Positions 1 to 9,408 of a stretch of 64,000 nucleotides of DNA are shown piece by piece (within the stretch, counting starts at the first letter, position 1; each line of letters begins with the position of its first letter). Below the pieces are notes generated by a model, which worked only from the letters and a program-made list of their open reading frames with translations, ran no database searches and was not told where the DNA came from. The translations under genes and the position numbers were made by a program. This stretch comes from Allosphingosinicella sp. (GTDB lineage: Bacteria > Pseudomonadota > Alphaproteobacteria > Sphingomonadales > Sphingomonadaceae), in contig DASVQS010000024.1 of the NCBI GenBank assembly GCA_036389015.1, positions 4,296 to 68,295 of the forward strand, written 5' to 3'.

Positions 1-1050
1 CGGCGCGGCGCAGCCCCAGCCTTCGCGCCGCTCGAAGAAGTCCGGGGTGAAGAGCCGCTTCGAACGGCTGACCTCGTCGGCGGTGAAGTCGGAGTCGTAG
101 GGCAGGATCGAGCGGCGAAGCCGGTTCGCTTCGGCGTAATGGCCGAAGGAGCTTTCGAACGCTCCGCGATCCTCGAGCAGGCTACCCAGCGCGAAATGGA
201 GATGGAGGCGGTCTTCGACCCTGAGATCGGATCGACCGAGCAGCGCTTCCATCCTTGCCTGGTCCCCTTCGCCCAGCTTCACCGTCTTGAGGTTGGCGAG
301 GCTCCACCAGGCTTCGCCGCTCGCCGGATCTAGCTCGAGCGCCCGGCGGTAGGCGGCGATCGATTCCTCCAGCCGGCCGATCGTCTTCAGGACGTTGCCG
401 TAGCCGAGCCAGATCGGCGGCGAATCAGGCCGGCGCTCGAGGATTTCCTCGAAGACGGCGGCCGATTTCTCATATTCGCCGAGATGGCCGAGAGTCCTCG
501 CCTTTTCCTCCGCCGCTGCGACGTTGCCGGGATCGGCGAGGAGCAGCGCATCGAGGAGATCGAGCGACTCCCGGACCCGGCCCTGCCGGAACAGCGCGGT
601 CGCCAGGCCGAGGCGGGCGTCGACGAAGGACGGAACGACCGCCAGGCACTCCATGAACAGCGCTTCGGCATCCGAATGAAGGCCCGCGGCGAGATCGACC
701 TCGGCGAGCATGGCCTTGGCCGCGACGTCGCCCGGCCTGCGCGCGACATAGGGGCGAAGCCGCTTTTCGGCCTCGTCCAGGCGTCCGCCGGCGAGATGCC
801 GAGCCGCCTCCGCGAGTAAAGGCTCGCTCGCGAAGAGCGAGATCGCCTTCAGCTCCGCCCGCTCGGCGTCGCCGGGGCGGCCCATCCGGCGGAGCGCCTC
901 CGCGAACAGCAGCAGGGCGTCGCGCACATTCGGGCTTACCCGTAGGATCTCGGCGGCCTGCTCGGCGGCGGCGGCCGGATCGCTCGCGAGCAGCCGGTAG
1001 CCGTTCGCGAGCGCGGCATCGAGGCCGCCGGTGCGCGGGGAGTCCGTCAT
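1..1050 (-). CDS. TPR-repeat protein, N-terminal 350 aa only (C-terminus lies beyond the window start; this family often carries a C-terminal sulfotransferase domain)
   Basis: Own translation of the minus strand from ATG 1050..1048 (GGAG upstream): MTDSPRTGGLDAALANGYRLLASDP... The frame stays open to position 1. TPR-like helices are present, e.g. AAYRRALELDPASGEAWWSLANLK. It is absent from the ORF track because it runs off the edge. Confidence 0.6.
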   Translation of the reverse strand, partial: MTDSPRTGGLDAALANGYRLLASDPAAAAEQAAEILRVSPNVRDALLLFAEALRRMGRPGDAERAELKAISLFASEPLLAEAARHLAGGRLDEAEKRLRPYVARRPGDVAAKAMLAEVDLAAGLHSDAEALFMECLAVVPSFVDARLGLATALFRQGRVRESLDLLDALLLADPGNVAAAEEKARTLGHLGEYEKSAAVFEEILERRPDSPPIWLGYGNVLKTIGRLEESIAAYRRALELDPASGEAWWSLANLKTVKLGEGDQARMEALLGRSDLRVEDRLHLHFALGSLLEDRGAFESSFGHYAEANRLRRSILPYDSDFTADEVSRSKRLFTPDFFERREGWGCAAP

Positions 1051-1117
1051 CGGGCTCCGTTAGCGCGGCGCCGCGGTTAAGGACAGGCCAGCCGCGGCCG
1101 GGACGGAGAAGCGCCGC

Positions 1118-1153
1118 ATAAGAAAGAGGGCCGGGACTTTCGTCCCAGCCCTC
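1118..1153 (-). terminator. Rho-independent terminator downstream of the TonB-dependent receptor
   Basis: Minus-strand read: GAGGGCTGGGAC-gaaa-GTCCCGGCCCTC followed by TTTCTTAT, about 20 nt after the receptor stop codon. Confidence 0.7.
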
Positions 1154-1173
1154 CGAAGCCTCCGCGTTTCGAC

Positions 1174-4100
1174 TTAGAACTTCGCGGTGAAGCCCGCGTA
1201 GAAGAAGCGGCCGATATTGTGGTAGATCGCGCTGCCCGCGCCGATGCCGGTGAGGCCGTACGGGGGCAGGCGGTTGGTGAAATTGTCCACGCCCAGGTAG
1301 AAATTATACTTGGTGCCGGCGTCGATCTGCAGGCGGGCGTCGTGGATGAGGACCTCCGGATAGTAACGGATCTCGAAGGCGTCCTCGTTGATCGGGTCGC
1401 GGCCCTGGACGGACTTGATGTTCTCGATCGCGCCCGGCGCCATCTTGCCGATGTAGCGCAGCTGGTAGCCGACGGTGATCGGGCCCGACTTCAGGTCCAC
1501 GTTCCAGTTGAACGCATCCTGGGGATCGCCGAGCTCGAGCAGCACCTGGTTGGCGCGGTCCGGAGTCGCCGGGTTCAGGAAGTTGTCGTTCTGGAAGACG
1601 TGCGTGTAGACGACGCGCGTGCTCAGCGTTCCGAAGTTGAACTTGTGCCGGTACGCCATCTCCGCATCGATGCCGCGGGTCTTCAGCTTGGCGAAGTTGA
1701 CTGGGGCCACCTTGAGGCTGTTCGGGATGATCGAGAAGGCCGGCTCGCCGTTCGGGCCGCCGCTGGCGCCGAAGCGCTGGAAGAGCGGGCAGAACGGATT
1801 GTCGAGCGTCGGCTCGTCATAGCATTGGTTGAGGATGCCCTGAGCGCTGAGGTTGGCGATGACCTGGTCGACCTGGATGTCGTAATAGTCGGCCGAGAGC
1901 GAGAAGCCCGGAAGGAAGCGGGGCTGGAACACGCCGCCGACGGTCAGCGACTTCGACGTTTCCTCGTTCAGGTTCTCGTTGCCGCCCGAAAGGTACGGAA
2001 GCGACTGCTTGAACAGGAAGCTGTAGCCGACCGGGATTCCGGCGGCGGCGCAATTGGCCGGGCGGTTCGGGTTGGCGTTGATCGACTCGACCGAGCAGGG
2101 ATCGGCCGGCGGCGGAGCGAAGTTCTGGCCGAACGGCGTGAACAACTCTCCGAGGTTCGGCGCCCTGACCGCCTTGGCGTATTGCGCGCGGAACCGAAGA
2201 TCCCGGACCGGCGACCATTCCGCGCCGACGTTGTAGGCGAAGACGGTGCCGGTGCGGCCCTTGTAATCGGCGACGCGGCCGGCCGCTTCGAAGGTCAGCT
2301 CGTGGAAGAGCGGCATGTCCTTCAGCAGCGGGATCCGGATTTCGCCGAACGCTTCCTTCACTTCGAACGACGGCGGATCGAAGGTCGGGATGGCGTTGTA
2401 GAAGGTGATCCCGGTCTGGACGAGCGCGTCTTCGGCGAAGAAGTTGGTCTCGCGGCGATACTCGGCACCGATGGCGAAGCCGATCGGCCCGCCCGGAAGC
2501 TCGAACAGCTGGCTGAGGTCCCCGTTGACGAAGGCGGAGAAGTCGAGCTGCGTGATCTTGCCGAATGAGGTCGTCGGCTGGAGGATGTAGTCGCGAGCCG
2601 CCTGGGTGACGTTGCCCGGGCCGAACAGGTTGATCGGAACGCAGGCCGCGATGTCGGCTGCGAGCGTGGAGTTCGCGTAGGCGGCGTCGTTGCCGCCTGC
2701 GGTGTAGGCGAAGGCCGCCGACGGGATGTACTGCGAACGGCACTGGATCTGGCCCGTCGCCGGATTGCGGCCGGCGTCGAACGCGAGCAGGAAGCGCTGG
2801 ATGTTCACGTTGCCGGTGAGCAGCGTGTGCTCCTTGAACTCGCCGTAATTGGCCGCGACCTCATAGCCCCAGTCGGTGTTGAACGTGCCGCGCACGCCGC
2901 CGACGATCCGATAGGTTTCGCGGCGGGCTTCCTCTTCGCGGCTGCCCAGGTCGAGAACGTTCTCGCCCATGAAGAAGCGCTGTCCGCCCGCGGTCGTGCC
3001 GTAATAATCCTGGAGGAAGGCGCGGGCCTGGGGACCAAGATACGGGTTGTCGAGGCGCGGCCGCTCGCGAACGTCGCCGCCGAGCGTGGAGCCGCTGATG
3101 AAGAACGGACCGCTGGCGTTGCTGAGCGAGTCGGTGCGGACGTACTTCGCCTCGACGAAGGGCTCGAACGCGTCGCTGACCGTGAAGTGGCCGATCAGGT
3201 TGACGCTGTAGCGGTCCAGCCTCGGGCTGAAGCCGGTCTGGTTGCCCTCGCGGAAGTTGTTGCCGTTGCCGCCGATGGCGCTGGCGACGGCGGTGTTGCC
3301 GACCAGCTGGTCGTAGGTCTGCGGAACCAGATTGCCGTCCGGCGTGAAGAGGAAGGGCATGTAGTAATTGCCCGTCGGGTCGCAGCAGGCGAGGAAGGTG
3401 CCGCCGTTGCTGAACAAAGTGCTGCGGATGTCCTTGAAGAAGACGGCGTCCGGATTGCCGTCGCTGCCGCGCGGGTCGCAGTTCGTGGTCGTGGTCGCGG
3501 AGCAGGCCACCTTGTCGCTGTCGACGGTCAGGAAGCTGTTGACGGTGCGGTAGGATTTGCGCTGCGACGCGTACCAGTCGGCCTGGTGGGCATATTCCGC
3601 GTTGATCGCGACGTTGCCGCGGCCGCCGGCGAAGTTCATTCCCCACAGGCCGCTGACGTAGAATTGTCCGGCGTCGCCATGCTGGCTGATGCCGCTCTGG
3701 CCGCGGACCTGGATGCCCTCGTAATTGCGCTTCAGAACGAAGTTGACGACGCCCGCGATCGCGTCCGAGCCGTAGATCGCCGAGCTGCCGCCCGTGACCA
3801 CGTCGACGCGCTCGATGAGGTCGGTCGGGATCTGGTTGGTGTCGACCGACACGGCGTTGTTGAGGATGTCCGCGGCGACGTGGCGGCGGCCGTTCTGCAG
3901 CACCAGGGTGCGCTGGGTGCCGAGGCCGCGAAGATCGAGCAGGTTGAGGCCGCCCGTGCCCAGGAAGCGGGTCGAGTTGGACTGGCTGAACGTGCTGCGA
4001 AGCGCCGGGAGCTCGTTGAGCACGTCGCCGATCGCGGTCTGGCCGGTCTGGAAGAATTCCTCGCCGCCGATCGAGGTGATCGGAACCGACGATTCGAGGT

Positions 4101-4335
4101 TCGGACGGCGGATGCGCGAGCCGGTGATCGTGATGTCGCCGGCATTGGCGGCGCTGGCGTCCTGGCCGGATTCGATCTCGGGCTCCGACTGAAGCGTGGA
4201 GGGATCGTCGGTCTCGCCGGCGGCCGTGCCTTCGGTGCCCTGGGTCTCCTGGCCCATGGCCGGGGCGGCCAGGGCGCCGAGGAGGCCGATAAAGGCGACG
4301 GAGCGCAGAGCGCGCGAGCGGAAGGTCATGGCCAT
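1174..4335 (-). CDS. TonB-dependent outer-membrane receptor (large, about 1050 aa)
   Basis: ORF 1174..4401. The likely start is MAMTFRSRALRSVAFIGLLGALAAPAMGQ at 4335, with GGAGAG upstream and a signal peptide. It has a plug region (ITITGSRIRRPNLESSVPITSIGGEEF), a long beta-barrel and the canonical C-terminal ...FYAGFTAKF. Confidence 0.9.
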   Translation of the reverse strand: MAMTFRSRALRSVAFIGLLGALAAPAMGQETQGTEGTAAGETDDPSTLQSEPEIESGQDASAANAGDITITGSRIRRPNLESSVPITSIGGEEFFQTGQTAIGDVLNELPALRSTFSQSNSTRFLGTGGLNLLDLRGLGTQRTLVLQNGRRHVAADILNNAVSVDTNQIPTDLIERVDVVTGGSSAIYGSDAIAGVVNFVLKRNYEGIQVRGQSGISQHGDAGQFYVSGLWGMNFAGGRGNVAINAEYAHQADWYASQRKSYRTVNSFLTVDSDKVACSATTTTNCDPRGSDGNPDAVFFKDIRSTLFSNGGTFLACCDPTGNYYMPFLFTPDGNLVPQTYDQLVGNTAVASAIGGNGNNFREGNQTGFSPRLDRYSVNLIGHFTVSDAFEPFVEAKYVRTDSLSNASGPFFISGSTLGGDVRERPRLDNPYLGPQARAFLQDYYGTTAGGQRFFMGENVLDLGSREEEARRETYRIVGGVRGTFNTDWGYEVAANYGEFKEHTLLTGNVNIQRFLLAFDAGRNPATGQIQCRSQYIPSAAFAYTAGGNDAAYANSTLAADIAACVPINLFGPGNVTQAARDYILQPTTSFGKITQLDFSAFVNGDLSQLFELPGGPIGFAIGAEYRRETNFFAEDALVQTGITFYNAIPTFDPPSFEVKEAFGEIRIPLLKDMPLFHELTFEAAGRVADYKGRTGTVFAYNVGAEWSPVRDLRFRAQYAKAVRAPNLGELFTPFGQNFAPPPADPCSVESINANPNRPANCAAAGIPVGYSFLFKQSLPYLSGGNENLNEETSKSLTVGGVFQPRFLPGFSLSADYYDIQVDQVIANLSAQGILNQCYDEPTLDNPFCPLFQRFGASGGPNGEPAFSIIPNSLKVAPVNFAKLKTRGIDAEMAYRHKFNFGTLSTRVVYTHVFQNDNFLNPATPDRANQVLLELGDPQDAFNWNVDLKSGPITVGYQLRYIGKMAPGAIENIKSVQGRDPINEDAFEIRYYPEVLIHDARLQIDAGTKYNFYLGVDNFTNRLPPYGLTGIGAGSAIYHNIGRFFYAGFTAKF

Positions 4336-4439
4336 GGGTGTTTCTCTCTCCACGAGGAAAATTGTGGCTGACGGACTACCGATGCGGCGCCGATATTCCA
4401 ATGGCGGCGGGAGGTTATCGATTACTTATGTGGTCACGC

Positions 4440-4458
4440 GTGGCAATAATGTCACAAG
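4440..4458 (-). promoter_or_regulatory. Candidate Pho-box-like direct repeat upstream of the TonB-dependent receptor
   Basis: Minus-strand read: CTTGTGAC-ATTA-TTGCCAC. These are 7-mer repeats with an A/T 4-nt spacer, about 105 nt upstream of ATG 4335. The architecture matches the site at 34482..34501. Confidence 0.3.
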
Positions 4459-4518
4459 CGATTCCCGCTTACGAGCGCCCTTCCGGAGGCTCCGGACGAC
4501 GGTTAGAGAGGCGGTTCA

Positions 4519-6867
4519 ATGATAAACCTCTCTCCGACCGCGCTGGCGGCGATCGCGCTCCTGTCCGGGGCGTGGCTCGCCGTCGCCCTCTGGGCCACGA
4601 TGCGCGGCCTCGGCCGGGGCCGCGACGCCGCCGCGCGAATCGAGGCCACCCGGCACCACGAGGCCCTGCTCGCGGCCTCGCCGGCGCTTCCGATCATCGT
4701 CCGCCGCGACGGCAGCCTGGAGGAAGCGGAGCGCGTCGGCCTCGCGCTCGGCCTCGCCGGGACTCCGCGTCGACTCGCCGAGATCGCGGACGCCCTGGTC
4801 GAGGAGGACCGGGAGGCGCTGCTCGGCCAGGTCGCCGCGACCGCCGCCGCCGCCGGCGACTTCGCCCTCTCGCTCCGCCCCGCCGGGTCCGCCCGGGTCT
4901 ACCGGATCAGCGGAGGCCCGGCGCCGCCGTCCTACCCCGCGGGCACCGTCCTTCTGTGGCTCACCGACGCGACGGCGAGCGAGGAAGAGATGGCGGCCCT
5001 TCGCGAGCGCAGCGAAAGGCTCGCCGCGGCGCTCGACGCCTTGTCGGGCCTGATCGAGGCCGCGCCCTTCCCGATCTGGCATCGCGGGCCCGATCTGCGC
5101 CTCGCGATGGTCAACAGCGCCTATGTCGCCGCCGTCGAGGCCGAGGACGGCCGAGCCGTGATCGAGGGCGGGCTCGAGCTGGTCGACGACGGCGAGGCGG
5201 GAGCGATGGCGGAGGCCGCCGCGGTCCGCCAGAGCGGCCAGGCCAGCGCCCGCAACGTCCCCGCGACGGTCGGCGGCGAGCGGCGGATGATGCGGGTGGT
5301 CGAAGTCCCTCTCGGCGAAGCGGGGGTCGCCGGCTATGCGATCGACGTCGAGGATCGCGAGCAGGCGCGCTCCGAGCTCGCCCGCTTCGTCCACGCCCAG
5401 CGCGACATGCTCGACCGTCTCTCCGCCGGAGTGGCTCAATTCGCCCGCGACCGCGGGCTGATCTTCTCGAACCAGCCCTTCGCCAGGCTGTTCGCGCTGA
5501 GGCCCGATTTCCTCGCCGACCGTCCCGAGTTCAATCGCCTGCTCGACGCGATGCGCGAGACCGGCCATTTGCCCGAGGTCCGCGATTACCCCGAGTGGAA
5601 GAAGGAGCATGACCGCTGGTTCACCGGCGGCCTCGCCGCCGAGGAGGAGGATTGGCTCCTGCCCGGCGGCCGCCACCTCCGGGTCGTCGCCCAGCCGCTT
5701 CCCGACGGCGGGCTGCTGCTCATCTTCGAGGACCGCACCGAGCAGCTCCGCCTCGCCTCCGCGCGCGACACCCTGCTTCGGGTGCGCACCGCGACCTTCG
5801 ACAATCTGTTCGAGGCGGTCGGAGTCTTCGCCTCCGACGGAAGCCTCCATCTCTGGAACAACCGTTTCCGCGAATTGTGGGAGTTCGAGGAGGAGCAGCT
5901 CGCCGGCAACCCGCGCATCGATTCGCTGACCGCGCACATCGGCAGGAAGCTCAGGAATTCGAGCCACGCCGCTTTGGTCCGCGAGCTCGTCCGCAGCGCC
6001 ACCGTCGAGCGCAAGCAGAGGACGGGCCGGGTCGCCTTCACCGACGGGCGCGAGTTCGAGTTCGCCGCGGTTCCGCTTCCCGACGGCAACGCGCTCTTCA
6101 CGATGCTCGACGTTACCGCCAGCCGGACGGTCGAGGCGGCCCTTCGGGAGCGAACCCAGGCGCTCGAGGAGGCCGACCGGCTCAAGACCGCCTTCGTCTC
6201 CAACATGAGCTACGAGCTGCGCACGCCCCTGACCTCGATCGGCGGCTTCGCGGAGATGCTGGCCGGCGGCTATGCGGGCGAGCTTGCGCCGGCGGCGAGC
6301 GAATATGTCGCCGCCATACTGGAATCGGTCGGACGCCTCGGCGCTCTCATCGACGACGTGCTCGACCTCACCCAGAGCGACAGCGGAAGCCTTCTGCTTG
6401 CCGAGGACAAGGTCGACCTCGCCAGGCTCTGCGCCGAGGCGGCGGACGCGTTCCGCGAACAGGCGGCGAAGAAGGGCATCGACTTCGCGGTCGAGATCGA
6501 GACCGGCGCCGGATCGATCGCCGGCGACCGGGCCCGCCTGCGCCAGTCGCTCGACAACGTCCTCAAGAACGCCTTCGCCTATACGGGCGACGGCGGCCGG
6601 GTCCTCCTTCACGCCGCCGGCGGCCGCAAGGAGGCGGCGATCACAGTCTCCGACAACGGCCGCGGAATCGCCGCCGCCGACCAGGCGCGGGTCTTCGACC
6701 GATTCAACCGAAGCGCCGACGCCCGCGGCGGGGACGGCGCCGCGCTCGGCCTCGGCCTGCCGCTCGCCAGGCAGTTCGTCGAGGCCCATGGCGGCACCGT
6801 CGACCTGCTTTCGGAGCCGGGCGAGGGCACCACCGTCACCCTTCGCCTCCCCCGGAAGCGGGCGTGA
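4519..6867 (+). CDS. divL: DivL-like PAS-domain sensor kinase (the H-box His is replaced by Tyr)
   Basis: 782 aa with an N-terminal TM segment (LSPTALAAIALLSGAWLAVALWA) and several PAS-like segments. The HisKA H-box reads FVSNMSYELRTPLTSIGGF, with TAC at 6211..6213 where His is expected. HATPase N, G1 and G2 boxes are intact (NVLKNAFAY, DNGRGI, GLGLPL). Confidence 0.75.
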   Translation: MINLSPTALAAIALLSGAWLAVALWATMRGLGRGRDAAARIEATRHHEALLAASPALPIIVRRDGSLEEAERVGLALGLAGTPRRLAEIADALVEEDREALLGQVAATAAAAGDFALSLRPAGSARVYRISGGPAPPSYPAGTVLLWLTDATASEEEMAALRERSERLAAALDALSGLIEAAPFPIWHRGPDLRLAMVNSAYVAAVEAEDGRAVIEGGLELVDDGEAGAMAEAAAVRQSGQASARNVPATVGGERRMMRVVEVPLGEAGVAGYAIDVEDREQARSELARFVHAQRDMLDRLSAGVAQFARDRGLIFSNQPFARLFALRPDFLADRPEFNRLLDAMRETGHLPEVRDYPEWKKEHDRWFTGGLAAEEEDWLLPGGRHLRVVAQPLPDGGLLLIFEDRTEQLRLASARDTLLRVRTATFDNLFEAVGVFASDGSLHLWNNRFRELWEFEEEQLAGNPRIDSLTAHIGRKLRNSSHAALVRELVRSATVERKQRTGRVAFTDGREFEFAAVPLPDGNALFTMLDVTASRTVEAALRERTQALEEADRLKTAFVSNMSYELRTPLTSIGGFAEMLAGGYAGELAPAASEYVAAILESVGRLGALIDDVLDLTQSDSGSLLLAEDKVDLARLCAEAADAFREQAAKKGIDFAVEIETGAGSIAGDRARLRQSLDNVLKNAFAYTGDGGRVLLHAAGGRKEAAITVSDNGRGIAAADQARVFDRFNRSADARGGDGAALGLGLPLARQFVEAHGGTVDLLSEPGEGTTVTLRLPRKRA

Positions 6868-6894
6868 GGGGTCTGGATGGGCGCGCCACTGAAG

Positions 6895-7000
6895 CGCCTC
6901 CCCTCGATGGGGAGGGGTTGGGGAGGGGTGAGGCGCGAGGCCCACACGGCATTTCGTCCAGCCGCACCCCCACCCAACCCTCCCCCATCGAGGGAGAGGG
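6895..7000. repeat. Intergenic palindromic repeat, family B (CCCTCCCC...GGGGAGGG hairpins)
   Basis: CCTCCCCTCGATGGGGAGGGGTTGGGGAGGGGTG ... CACCCCCACCCAACCCTCCCCCATCGAGGGAGAGGG. This is a long imperfect inverted repeat between divL and tsaE. Confidence 0.8.
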
Positions 7001-7009
7001 CTTTAGAAC

Positions 7010-7447
7010 ATGATGCTTTCCGGCCCTGCGGAGACCGAAGCCTTCGGGCGCCGCCTCGCCGCTCAGCTCCGCGCGGGCGACGTCGTCGCTCTGTCCGGCG
7101 ATCTCGGCGCGGGAAAGACGACCTTGGCGCGCGGAATCCTCGCCGGTCTCGGCCATGACGGCGAGGTCGCCAGCCCGACCTTTCCGATCGTCATCCCCTA
7201 CGAGGCGCTGAGCGTTCCGGCCTGGCACGTCGATCTTTACCGGATCGAGGATCCGGCGGAAATCGCGGAGCTGGCGCTCGACGAAGCGCTGGAGGACGGC
7301 GTTCTCATCGTCGAATGGCCCGAGCGGATGGGCGGCGCCCTGTGGCCGCATTCGCTTCGTCTCGGCCTGCGGCGGGAAGGGGAGGGCGCCCGCGCCTTGA
7401 CAGCCGGGGTGCCCGCCGCTTGGGAGGGCCGATGGCCGCTTCCATGA
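7010..7447 (+). CDS. tsaE: tRNA t6A37 threonylcarbamoyladenosine biosynthesis protein TsaE
   Basis: 145 aa with P-loop GDLGAGKTTLARGIL, then SPTF..., HVDLYR and the typical TsaE length. Confidence 0.9.
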   Translation: MMLSGPAETEAFGRRLAAQLRAGDVVALSGDLGAGKTTLARGILAGLGHDGEVASPTFPIVIPYEALSVPAWHVDLYRIEDPAEIAELALDEALEDGVLIVEWPERMGGALWPHSLRLGLRREGEGARALTAGVPAAWEGRWPLP

Positions 7448-8439
7448 TTCCGCCCGCAGCGGCACCCGATTTCCTGGCAGACCACGGCTGGGGCGGCGCC
7501 GAGATCCGCCCGCTCGCCGGGGACGCGAGCTTCCGGCGCTATTTCAGGGTCCATCGCGGCGAGGAAACCGCCGTCCTGATGGACGCTCCGCCCGAGCATG
7601 AGGATATTGGGCCGTTCCTGACCGTGGCCGGCCACCTGCTCGACCGCGGCTTCCACCCGCCGCGCCCGCTCGCCGTCGACCGCGAGCGGGGCCTGCTGTT
7701 GCTCGAGGATTTCGGCGACGACCGGGCGGGGCCCCTGCTCGAGCGCGAGCCTCAGCGCGAGCGCCCGATCTACGAGGCGGCCGTCGACATCCTCGCGCGC
7801 CTCGCCGGCCGGCCGGCGCCGGCCGACCTCGCGCCCTACGACGAGGATGCGATGAGCCGCGAGGTGCTCCTCTTCACGAACTGGTACGCGCCGGCGCTGG
7901 GAATGGAGGTCGACGAGGCTTCCTACATGGAAGCGTGGCGAAATGTGTGGGGCGAGGTGCTCGAGATCGTCGAGCGAAGCCCGGTGATGGTGCTTCGCGA
8001 CTATCATGCCGACAATCTGATGGTGTTGCCGGGCCGGTCGGAGCTGGGGCTCCTCGACTTTCAGGACGCTCTCGCCGGCCATCCGGCCTATGACCTGGAA
8101 TCGCTGCTCCAGGGAAGCGGGCGGTATGACGTCGCTCCGGAGCTGGAAGATGCGATGATCGACCGCTACTGCGCGGCGGCGAAAGTGGCCGACCGCGCTC
8201 GGTTTCGCGCCCATTATGAGATTCTGGGCGCCCAGCGGAACACCAAGATCCTGGGCATCTTCACCCGTCTGTGGAAGCGCGACGGAAAGGATCATTATCT
8301 CGCGCTCCAGCCGCGGGTGTGGACCTATCTGGAGCGCAACCTGGCCCATCCGGCGCTGGCCCCGGTCCGTGCCTGGTTCGACACCCATGTGCCGACCGAA
8401 AAGCGCGCCTCCGCCTGGGCCGAGGCGGCGGCGGCATGA
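7432..8439 (+). CDS. amgK: Aminoglycoside-phosphotransferase-fold kinase, AmgK-like (anomeric MurNAc/GlcNAc kinase)
   Basis: ORF 7315..8439. The start is placed at ATG 7432 (GGGAGG upstream, overlapping the end of tsaE). Contains GDASFRRYFRV and LRDYHADNLM (APH catalytic loop). The tsaE-kinase-nucleotidyltransferase order is conserved. Confidence 0.65.
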   Translation: MAASMIPPAAAPDFLADHGWGGAEIRPLAGDASFRRYFRVHRGEETAVLMDAPPEHEDIGPFLTVAGHLLDRGFHPPRPLAVDRERGLLLLEDFGDDRAGPLLEREPQRERPIYEAAVDILARLAGRPAPADLAPYDEDAMSREVLLFTNWYAPALGMEVDEASYMEAWRNVWGEVLEIVERSPVMVLRDYHADNLMVLPGRSELGLLDFQDALAGHPAYDLESLLQGSGRYDVAPELEDAMIDRYCAAAKVADRARFRAHYEILGAQRNTKILGIFTRLWKRDGKDHYLALQPRVWTYLERNLAHPALAPVRAWFDTHVPTEKRASAWAEAAAA

Positions 8440-9200
8440 ACCGCCAGCGCCGGCCGCTCGCGCTTCGCCCGGTGCCCAGCGGCGACGTGCCGAAGACCGC
8501 GATGGTCCTCGCCGCCGGCCTTGGCAAGCGGATGCGCCCGCTCACCGCCACCCGCCCCAAGCCCCTGGTCGAGGTCGCCGGCAAGCCTCTGCTCGACCAT
8601 TGCCTCGACCGGCTCCGCGCGGCCGGAGTCGAGAAGGTCGTGGTCAACGTCCATTATCTCGCCGACGCTCTCGAAGCCCATTTGAAAAATCGCGTCCAGG
8701 GCCTTGAAATCATTGTATCGGATGAGCGGGAGCAATTGCTCGAGACCGGCGGCGGGCTGGTCAGGGCGCTGCCTCTGATCGACTCCGATCCCTTCCTCGT
8801 CGTCAATTCCGACAACCTGTGGGTCGACGGCCCCGTCGATTCGCTCCGGCTGCTCGCGAGCAACTGGGACGACTCGCGGATGGATGCCCTGCTGCTCCTC
8901 GTCCCGCTCGCTCGCGCCCATTGCCACAAGGGCCAGGGCGATTTCCACATGAGCTCGGGCGGAGTTCTCAAGCGCCGCAAGCCGGGCTCGGTGGCGCCCT
9001 TCGTCTACACCGGAGTCCAGATCGTCTCGAAGCGGCTGCTCGAAGGAGAGGTGCCGGACGGCCCGTTCTCGACCAACCTGCTCTGGGACCGGGCGATCGC
9101 GAGGGGCCGCCTCTTCGGCGCCGTCCACGAGGGCCTCTGGTTCGACGTCGGCGCTCCGGCCAACATCAGGCAGGCCGAGGAAGTGCTTGGGCTCGCCTGA
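8436..9200 (+). CDS. murU: Sugar-1-phosphate nucleotidyltransferase, MurU-like
   Basis: ORF 8271..9200. ATG 8436 overlaps the amgK stop (ATGA). Contains MVLAAGLGKRMRPLTATRPKPLV (the G-x-G-x-R nucleotidyltransferase signature). Confidence 0.65.
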   Translation: MNRQRRPLALRPVPSGDVPKTAMVLAAGLGKRMRPLTATRPKPLVEVAGKPLLDHCLDRLRAAGVEKVVVNVHYLADALEAHLKNRVQGLEIIVSDEREQLLETGGGLVRALPLIDSDPFLVVNSDNLWVDGPVDSLRLLASNWDDSRMDALLLLVPLARAHCHKGQGDFHMSSGGVLKRRKPGSVAPFVYTGVQIVSKRLLEGEVPDGPFSTNLLWDRAIARGRLFGAVHEGLWFDVGAPANIRQAEEVLGLA

Positions 9201-9408
9201 CGCCGCCGCCAGGCTTTCGAGCTCCCGGGTGCGGAAAGCGCTTCCGTTCCACAGGCCGGACGTTTGCCGAGCCTGATGATTCATGTTATGTTCCTCAGAT
9301 GGATACCCGCATGCCTTCCAGTCGCCGCGTTGCCGGACAGCGACAATGGCCCCGGCGAGGCAGCCTGCTTTTTTCACTCTTTAGGAAGCCGAACCTTCCG
9401 AAACTTCC

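Noticed and set aside
9201-9408. Lower-GC gap between murU and addB with the small ORF 9264..9449
   Set aside because: The ORF has no RBS or motif and overlaps the addB start. The region is most simply the addB promoter/leader.
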